DNA of 64,000 nucleotides, taken from positions 21,203,360-21,267,359 of the forward strand of contig NC_043019.1 of NCBI RefSeq assembly GCF_006345805.1. The letters run 5' to 3'. The notes under the pieces were generated by a model. The model searched no databases, was not told where the DNA came from, and saw only the letters and a program-made list of their open reading frames with translations. This document shows, piece after piece, positions 62,601 through 64,000 of this stretch (within the stretch, counting starts at the first letter, position 1; the number at the start of each line of letters is the position of its first letter). Position numbers and translations under genes: made by a program. Source of the stretch: Octopus sinensis (taxonomy: Eukaryota).

Positions 62601-63198
62601 GTTATGTACAGGGTGGCGTTCATGCAAAGAGTTCAGGCCATTTCTGGTCAAGAGAGACTTTGAACCGAGCGGTAGTCGGCATCTTCACTATCTCGTCCGG
62701 CAGCTTATTACACGGATCCGCAACCCGGACGGAGAAAGCCCCTCTCCTTCAATTGAGATGAAATCGTCGCAGATAGAGCTTTTCGGAGTGACCCCCGCAG
62801 CCGACGCTCTGGAGCAGGAGTGAAGAACAGCTCTTTCGAGAGGTTACACTTTCCGCTTATGATGTTGTGAGCAAGAATGAGATCACCACGGCGGCGGCGT
62901 TTTTTCTTTACCTTGTGGTATTTAATTGCTTCCTTTCTTTGTATGTTCAGTTTGGTAAAATAAGTACCCATAATGCTCTGTTGCTAATTCTCTCACCTTA
63001 ATTACAAATATTTGTAGTTTTGTGCAGGAAATTACCTATCCCTCCCACTGTTGATATTAATAGCACCTTCTTATTTACTCTGTCAGTATCTTCTAAGTTA
63101 TACCTAACGAACCCTTGCTTTCTTTTACAGTTGTGGTGATGACTTCTCAGGTCATCGCTGTCAAAAACAAAGTATTAAACAGCCCTATACTTCTAACT
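1..63198 (+). CDS. LRP1: LRP1-like LDL receptor-related protein, partial gene, 41 coding exons (lacks N-terminus, TM and tail)
   Basis: All 41 exons join in frame with matching phases. Domain order matches LRP1 from cluster III to the stalk, with LRP1-like motifs [15 protein letters not shown] and CIPFWWKCD, an 11-repeat cluster IV, a basic site in the last propeller and tandem EGFs before the membrane. Confidence 0.88.
283..490. mobile_element. hAT-like MITE remnant
   Basis: CAGTGTTTCTCAAC left end, degenerate GTTGAGAAC right end. Confidence 0.55.
930..1620 (+). mobile_element. RTE-clade LINE RT C-terminal fragment, interrupted by a SINE
   Basis: Decayed frame ...[30 protein letters not shown]...RLLLEGKI...KWRSLI. 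Confidence 0.8.
1307..1538 (+). mobile_element. tRNA-derived SINE family A, full length
   Basis: A/B-box head (TGGCAGAATCGTTAGC; GAGTTCAAATTCC), many copies in window, 10-bp TSD GAATGTGTAA. Confidence 0.88.
1804..1990 (+). CDS. LRP1: exon 2, YWTD propeller (IGSAEDLAY...HLYWTS...INSCES)
   Basis: TAG acceptor, GTAAGT donor, phase 1-2. Confidence 0.9.
2065..2390 (-). mobile_element. tRNA-derived SINE family E
   Basis: Reverse complement of copy at 42115-42415; CTTGAGCAAGACACTT core-like motif. Confidence 0.7.
3060..3264 (+). CDS. LRP1: exon 3, YWTD propeller (RMYWTNWN...[23 protein letters not shown])
   Basis: CAG/GTAAGT, phase 2-0. Confidence 0.93.
4758..5076 (+). CDS. LRP1: exon 4, end of propeller plus EGF (HPFALAV...IYWTDW...[14 protein letters not shown])
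   Basis: CAG/GTGAGT, phase 0-1. Confidence 0.93.
5248..5370 (+). CDS. LRP1: exon 5, LDLa repeat 1 of cluster III-like
   Basis: [38 protein letters not shown]; phase 1-1. Confidence 0.92.
5528..5754 (-). mobile_element. Penelope-like terminal-repeat fragment inserted in (TA)n
   Basis: (TA)n on both sides; contains a minimal hammerhead fold. Confidence 0.6.
5609..5643 (-). ncRNA. minimal type I hammerhead ribozyme-like motif (H1)
   Basis: GTTT-CTGATGA-A-GAGC(TCC)GCTC-GAAAG-GTT-AAAT on minus strand. Confidence 0.62.
6500..7205 (+). mobile_element. RTE-clade LINE 3' fragment (RT C-terminus and start of 3' UTR)
   Basis: [10 protein letters not shown]...[20 protein letters not shown]...[10 protein letters not shown]...EKTHQAK*. 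Confidence 0.88.
7329..7442 (+). CDS. LRP1: exon 6, LDLa repeat 2
   Basis: [37 protein letters not shown]; TAG/GTAAGT, phase 1-1; not in ORF track. Confidence 0.92.
8748..8858 (+). CDS. LRP1: exon 7, LDLa repeat 3
   Basis: [36 protein letters not shown]; phase 1-1. Confidence 0.92.
8896..9981 (-). mobile_element. piggyBac deletion derivative
   Basis: TTAA on both sides, TIR CCCTTTCGTTAC, subterminal GGGCGGCTTTGGGCGGTTTGGT twice, truncated transposase N-terminus. Confidence 0.88.
9265..9702 (-). pseudogene. truncated piggyBac transposase N-terminus
   Basis: Acidic S/E/D-rich leader then YFFLLF...[10 protein letters not shown]...W...TLNEIK, typical of piggyBac transposases. Confidence 0.8.
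10800..11485 (-). mobile_element. R4/Dong-clade (REL endonuclease) LINE 3' fragment
   Basis: [13 protein letters not shown]...[39 protein letters not shown]...KILWD...PDIAV. Confidence 0.82.
11595..11750. repeat. (TTA/TTG)n trinucleotide microsatellite next to the exon 8 acceptor
   Basis: Direct inspection. Confidence 0.95.
11766..11894 (+). CDS. LRP1: exon 8, LDLa repeat 4
   Basis: [42 protein letters not shown]; phase 1-1. Confidence 0.92.
12384..12762. repeat. Long imperfect inverted repeat (arms about 165 bp) carrying a hammerhead-like motif in each arm
   Basis: CATATAATCCATATTCAATTAAGA...GAGCAAAATATC mirrored by GATATTTTGCTC...TCTTAATTGAATATGGATTATATG. Confidence 0.88.
12464..12559 (-). 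ncRNA. type I hammerhead-like motif with extended stem II (H2)
   Basis: TTCC-CTGATGA-[TTTTGCTCAT...ATGAGCAAAA]-GAA-ACAATTGT-A-GGAA. Confidence 0.5.
12967..13195. mobile_element. Penelope-like inverted terminal-repeat pair in (TA)n with two hammerhead copies (H3/H3')
   Basis: Arms 13034-13113 and 13119-13195; merged consensus CTGT-CTGATGA-ACG(GGAA)CGT-GAA-ACTCTGAGT-A-ACAG; AATAAA downstream of each core. Confidence 0.7.
13502..13741 (+). CDS. LRP1: exon 9, LDLa repeats 5-6 (duplicate of exon 10)
   Basis: 240 nt, CAG/GTGAGT, phase 1-1. Confidence 0.92.
13862..14091 (-). mobile_element. SINE family A
   Basis: Reverse complement of family A. Confidence 0.88.
14107..14470 (-). mobile_element. 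non-autonomous Helitron
   Basis: A|TCTCTCTATATATAAA 5' end, CTAG|T 3' end, terminal 15-bp palindrome. Confidence 0.65.
14632..14918 (+). mobile_element. tRNA-derived SINE family D
   Basis: Head GGCCCAGTGGTTAGGGCAGCGGAC...GGTTTCGATTCCC; flanked by (TA)n. Confidence 0.7.
14937..15166 (+). mobile_element. SINE family A
   Basis: Full-length copy near consensus. Confidence 0.9.
15337..15579 (+). CDS. LRP1: exon 10, LDLa repeats 7-8 (duplicate of exon 9)
   Basis: 243 nt, CAG/GTTAGT, phase 1-1. Confidence 0.92.
15790..16275. repeat. compound (TA/TG/TATG)n microsatellite
   Basis: Direct inspection; source of the spurious Y/V/C/M/I ORFs. Confidence 0.95.
16597..17428 (+). mobile_element. RTE 3' UTR copy with expanded 61-bp hairpin-unit tandem array and (GAT)n tail
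   Basis: About 11 units of GGCACGTAAAAGCACC type with 184-bp higher-order period; then AGGAAGGGCATCCAGC...CCATGCTAGCATGGAAAGCGGAC and (GAT)n. Confidence 0.8.
17532..17648 (+). CDS. LRP1: exon 11, EGF
   Basis: [38 protein letters not shown]; AAG acceptor, phase 1-1. Confidence 0.88.
17709..17929. mobile_element. piggyBac-like MITE
   Basis: TTAA|CCCTTTAG...CTAAAGGG|TTAA. Confidence 0.8.
18095..18315. mobile_element. piggyBac MITE, same TIR family as 8896-9981
   Basis: TTAA|CCCTTTTGTTAC...GTAACGAAAGGG|TTAA. Confidence 0.82.
18919..19316. mobile_element. MITE with 29-bp TIR (GGATCTTTTCGGTTTGAACGGCAGTTTTT type)
   Basis: Second copy at 63559-63979; right TIR eroded. Confidence 0.78.
19483..20425 (+). 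mobile_element. head-to-tail array of four decayed family-A-type SINEs
   Basis: Units start about 19483, 19747, 19982 and 20215, separated by trinucleotide tails; a further 3' fragment lies just upstream. Confidence 0.75.
20496..20624 (+). CDS. LRP1: exon 12, Ca-binding EGF
   Basis: [39 protein letters not shown]; phase 1-1. Confidence 0.93.
21970..22447 (-). mobile_element. tRNA-derived CORE-like SINE family B
   Basis: GGTGCAGGAGTGGCTGT head, CTTGGGCAAGTG core-like motif, internal microsatellite, GACTGAAACAAG tail. Confidence 0.85.
22525..22730 (+). CDS. LRP1: exon 13, YWTD propeller start
   Basis: [13 protein letters not shown]...[16 protein letters not shown]; phase 1-0. Confidence 0.93.
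22835..23015 (+). mobile_element. RTE 3' end copy with (GAT)n tail
   Basis: Same family as 17250-17428; more than 15 copies in the window on both strands. Confidence 0.8.
24255..24837 (+). CDS. LRP1: exon 14, YWTD propeller (583 nt)
   Basis: [17 protein letters not shown]...LFYTDWG...IFWAD...IFWSDW...[12 protein letters not shown]; phase 0-1. Confidence 0.95.
24869..25266 (+). mobile_element. non-autonomous Helitron
   Basis: A|TC 5' end, CCCGAGCAACGCCGGG hairpin then CTAG|T; internal duplicated block. Confidence 0.82.
25362..25518 (+). CDS. LRP1: exon 15, EGF plus first Cys of cluster IV
   Basis: [16 protein letters not shown]...[21 protein letters not shown]; only the second of two tandem GTAAG donors gives the phase 2 that exon 16 needs. 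Confidence 0.88.
27624..27727 (+). CDS. LRP1: exon 16, cluster IV LDLa 1
   Basis: [34 protein letters not shown]; phase 2-1. Confidence 0.93.
28400..28682 (+). mobile_element. RTE ORF end joined to hairpin units and (GAT)n tail
   Basis: AGAAGACCCATCAAGCCAAG (as at the 7100 ORF end) runs directly into the AGGGCATC...CCATGCCAGC-type tail, tying the tail family to RTE. Confidence 0.7.
29009..29146 (+). CDS. LRP1: exon 17, cluster IV LDLa 2
   Basis: [42 protein letters not shown]; phase 1-1. Confidence 0.92.
29210..30335 (-). mobile_element. R4/Dong-clade LINE RT C-terminal fragment split by a SINE
   Basis: GIQLPDG...[10 protein letters not shown]...KIEKE|YIRRVRKLM...[24 protein letters not shown]...[10 protein letters not shown]. 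Confidence 0.88.
29731..30135 (-). mobile_element. SINE family B inserted in the R4/Dong fragment
   Basis: GAGTA duplicated on both sides; removal restores KIEKEYIRR. Confidence 0.88.
30680..30985 (+). mobile_element. RTE 3' UTR copy with three hairpin units
   Basis: GTGCCGGTGGCACGTAAAAAGCACC three times, then family tail. Confidence 0.8.
31026..31145 (+). CDS. LRP1: exon 18, cluster IV LDLa 3
   Basis: [38 protein letters not shown]; phase 1-1. Confidence 0.92.
31205..31385 (-). mobile_element. R4/Dong LINE CCHC zinc-knuckle fragment
   Basis: [27 protein letters not shown] / [12 protein letters not shown] (frameshifted). Confidence 0.72.
31419..31464 (+). ncRNA. minimal type I hammerhead-like motif (H4) in a Penelope-like fragment
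   Basis: GACAC-CTGATGA-A-GGCTG(GAGAGTAAAT)CAGCC-GAAAT-GTT-GTGCT. Confidence 0.6.
31724..31963 (+). CDS. LRP1: exon 19, cluster IV LDLa 4-5; non-canonical (TTG) acceptor inferred
   Basis: [49 protein letters not shown]...TDEVNC; no phase-compatible AG between the in-frame TGA (31708-31710) and the first repeat. Confidence 0.78.
32819..32935 (+). CDS. LRP1: exon 20, cluster IV LDLa 6
   Basis: [36 protein letters not shown]; phase 1-1. Confidence 0.92.
33320..34020. mobile_element. hAT-like MITE with nested SINE B (33541-33920, +)
   Basis: CAGTGGGTCTCTAC left end, GGTTGAGAATCATCTG right end. Confidence 0.6.
34367..34486 (+). CDS. LRP1: exon 21, cluster IV LDLa 7
   Basis: [36 protein letters not shown]; phase 1-1. 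Confidence 0.92.
34600..35020 (-). mobile_element. R4/Dong LINE REL-endonuclease C-terminal fragment
   Basis: WYRHTPEK...AIILW...[16 protein letters not shown]...LIDV...GALGMI...IQKIALLGT. Confidence 0.85.
35065..35175 (+). CDS. LRP1: exon 22, cluster IV LDLa 8
   Basis: [36 protein letters not shown]; phase 1-1. Confidence 0.92.
35670..35783 (+). CDS. LRP1: exon 23, cluster IV LDLa 9
   Basis: [38 protein letters not shown]; phase 1-1. Confidence 0.92.
36683..36796 (+). CDS. LRP1: exon 24, cluster IV LDLa 10
   Basis: [35 protein letters not shown]; last Cys codon split across the intron. Confidence 0.92.
36965..37183. mobile_element. piggyBac-like MITE
   Basis: TTAA|CCCTTTAGC...CTAAAGGG|TTAA; same family as 17709-17929, partial copies near 28082, 40421, 44253, 53110, 55330, 62000. 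Confidence 0.8.
38030..38170 (+). CDS. LRP1: exon 25, cluster IV LDLa 11
   Basis: [40 protein letters not shown]; phase 1-1. Confidence 0.92.
38371..38412 (-). ncRNA. minimal type I hammerhead-like motif (H5)
   Basis: TCT-CTGAAGA-GCAATT(AACA)AATTGT-GAA-ACAGTCTGT-C-GGA; GUC triplet. Confidence 0.58.
39361..39483 (+). CDS. LRP1: exon 26, EGF
   Basis: [37 protein letters not shown]; phase 1-1. Confidence 0.92.
   Translation, partial: LLQKLVPYPIPVLRYVRNTPLASNAVVTLELNLPMMVSLA
40273..40404 (+). CDS. LRP1: exon 27, Ca-binding EGF
   Basis: [44 protein letters not shown]; phase 1-1. Confidence 0.92.
41923..42011 (+). CDS. LRP1: exon 28, start of last propeller
   Basis: [30 protein letters not shown]; donor GTCAGT chosen for phase 0 and LRP1-like spacing, other phase-0 donors are possible. 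Confidence 0.75.
42115..42415 (+). mobile_element. SINE family E
   Basis: tRNA-like head; related minus-strand copies at 2065-2390 and 57035-57312. Confidence 0.7.
43256..43695 (+). mobile_element. SINE family B, full length
   Basis: Complete head, core, microsatellite and tail. Confidence 0.88.
43925..44068 (+). CDS. LRP1: exon 29, last propeller with KKR basic site
   Basis: [20 protein letters not shown]...[14 protein letters not shown]; CAG/GTGAGT, phase 0-0. Confidence 0.85.
44482..44889 (+). mobile_element. SINE family B, full length
   Basis: Complete head, core, microsatellite and tail. Confidence 0.88.
45793..46058. repeat. fold-back palindrome of an RTE 3' end plus flanking DNA
   Basis: Arms 45793-45917 and 45932-46058, 14-nt loop. 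Confidence 0.92.
46287..46489 (+). CDS. LRP1: exon 30, YWTD propeller
   Basis: [17 protein letters not shown]...[10 protein letters not shown]; phase 0-2. Confidence 0.93.
46604..46882. repeat. 133-bp near-perfect inverted repeat, Penelope-like terminal-repeat pair
   Basis: Arms 46604-46736 and 46750-46882, one mismatch seen, 13-nt loop. Confidence 0.95.
46753..46802 (+). ncRNA. type I hammerhead variant with G3:C8 core (H6'); mirror copy at 46684-46733 on minus
   Basis: TTTGTCA-GTGAACA-G-GTCGC(GGATTTTA)GCGAC-GAA-AATATT-T-TGACAAA. Confidence 0.6.
46946..47169 (+). CDS. LRP1: exon 31, YWTD propeller
   Basis: [20 protein letters not shown]...RLYWADI; phase 2-1. Confidence 0.93.
48433..48612 (+). 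CDS. LRP1: exon 32, end of propeller
   Basis: [14 protein letters not shown]...[12 protein letters not shown]; phase 1-1. Confidence 0.92.
49309..49884. repeat. (CTA)n followed by about 510 bp of pure A/T complex (AAT)n satellite
   Basis: No G or C seen from 49343 to 49854. Confidence 0.95.
50526..50721 (+). CDS. LRP1: exon 33, EGF modules
   Basis: KSKCKKNTC...[13 protein letters not shown]; phase 1-2. Confidence 0.9.
51774..51884 (+). CDS. LRP1: exon 34, EGF
   Basis: [36 protein letters not shown]; phase 2-2. Confidence 0.9.
53335..53439 (+). CDS. LRP1: exon 35, EGF
   Basis: [34 protein letters not shown]; phase 2-2. Confidence 0.9.
53748..54338 (+). mobile_element. probable non-autonomous Helitron
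   Basis: A|TCTATATAAATAAAA...GTCTGTCT 5' end; ends in 15-bp palindrome with CTAG|T. Confidence 0.5.
54362..54548 (-). mobile_element. Penelope-like fragment in (TA)n with hammerhead-like motif H7 (54449-54484)
   Basis: CTTT-CTGTAGA-A-AAGC(GTAG)GCTC-GAAAC-GTA-AAAG; (TA)n on both sides. Confidence 0.55.
55091..55230 (+). CDS. LRP1: exon 36, EGF
   Basis: [10 protein letters not shown]...[11 protein letters not shown]...CRCQEGFT; phase 2-1. Confidence 0.9.
55460..55880 (+). mobile_element. RTE 3' UTR copy with about five diverged hairpin units
   Basis: AAAAGCACCATTCGAGCGTGATCGTTACCAG-type units, family tail, (GAT)n. Confidence 0.75.
56021..56257 (+). CDS. LRP1: exon 37, Cys-rich atypical EGF-like modules
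   Basis: [18 protein letters not shown]...CPNAIAC...[11 protein letters not shown]; phase 1-1. Confidence 0.88.
58047..58163 (+). CDS. LRP1: exon 38, EGF
   Basis: [38 protein letters not shown]; phase 1-1. Confidence 0.9.
58175..58754. repeat. 290-bp tandem duplication
   Basis: 58175-58464 and 58465-58754, near-identical. Confidence 0.95.
59321..59441 (+). CDS. LRP1: exon 39, EGF
   Basis: [40 protein letters not shown]; phase 1-2. Confidence 0.9.
60959..61081 (+). CDS. LRP1: exon 40, EGF
   Basis: [28 protein letters not shown]...CESC; AAG acceptor, phase 2-2. Confidence 0.87.
61445..61859 (+). mobile_element. SINE family A dimer (full copy plus 5'-truncated copy)
   Basis: Junction at GGTA microhomology; 12-bp TSD AGGTACAGGGTA flanks the whole dimer. 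Confidence 0.88.
62575..62905 (-). mobile_element. CR1-clade LINE 3' end
   Basis: [14 protein letters not shown]...FFT...RGHSEKL...[21 protein letters not shown]...FKVSLD. Confidence 0.82.
63131..63198 (+). CDS. LRP1: exon 41, end of EGF and linker
   Basis: [22 protein letters not shown]; CAG/GTAAGT, phase 2-1. Confidence 0.87.
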
Positions 63199-63558
63199 GT
63201 AAGTATTCCCTTCCACTTGTCAACCTTGTCTATATTTATTATGTCAGTTCTGAGTTCACACTTTACGCTGCATTAAATTGATAGATTTATATATAGGTAC
63301 ACACTTGTGGGTGTATGTTAAAAATTTCTGGTGTTGACTTGGTAGATTTGTTAGAGCATTGGACAGAAAACCTCCAAATAGCTGTTCCAATTCTTTACTC
63401 TTTGATTTCAAATCTCATTGGGGTTAAATTTGCACTCTGCATTACATCCTTTTGGGATTAACAATGTTAAAACCCGGTCAAATACTTAAGTCAGCTGTAT
63501 CAACTAACTCCTCCTTTCAAATTTCAGGCTTTCTACTTCTGTTACTAACAATAATTCT

Positions 63559-63979
63559 GGATCTTTTCAGTTTGAATGGCAGTTCTTTTCTAGCGGTGTC
63601 ATATGAAATTGTCACCCATAATTATGACCCTAGTATCGATCTATTGCATTTCAATCTGTTTTAGGGTTAGGGGTGGGGGGAAGGGTATCTTTTTTTTCTC
63701 CACAAATGTAAATAAACCCAATCTGTTTCTTAAACGAGGGACATATTCATATGGCACAGAATGTTTTTTTTTACCTCAATGGACGTCATTGATTGGTTGA
63801 AATTGCAGAAATTGAAGAAGAAAAAATAACAACAAATATCTTACAAACTATAGAATTTTCTCAATAAAGCCAAGAGAAAAAGATGTTTTATAAACACATT
63901 CTACCAGTATACAAAGTTTAAAATTTTTTTAGTTACCTAGAAATTATGTTAAAAACTGCCATTCAAACCGAAAAGATCC
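63559..63979. mobile_element. MITE with 29-bp TIR and 8-bp TSD (ATAATTCT/GTAATTCT)
   Basis: Both TIRs present; second copy at 18919. Confidence 0.82.
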
Positions 63980-64000
63980 GTAATTCTTCCTCAGTCTGAA

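Overview
AT-rich eukaryotic genomic DNA; the SINE/LINE families look like those of an octopus-type cephalopod (recognition, not a database result). The whole window lies inside one + strand gene, an LRP1-like giant LDL-receptor family member. I traced 41 coding exons (about 6.6 kb, about 2,197 aa) by hand with consistent splice phases: YWTD propeller and EGF, an LDLa cluster of 8, two EGFs, propeller and EGF, an LDLa cluster of 11, two EGFs, a last propeller with a KKR site, then about 11 EGF-like modules. The N-terminus, transmembrane helix and tail lie outside the window. Introns are full of tRNA-derived SINEs, RTE, R4/Dong and CR1 LINE fragments, piggyBac and hAT-like MITEs, Helitrons and microsatellites. 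The most unusual signals: (1) about 10 minimal type I hammerhead-ribozyme folds of Penelope type, six of them in three back-to-back inverted pairs, including a near-perfect 133-bp palindrome whose core has a compensatory G3:C8 swap; (2) a two-LDLa exon whose 3' splice site has no AG (TTG instead); (3) a tandemly duplicated two-LDLa exon.
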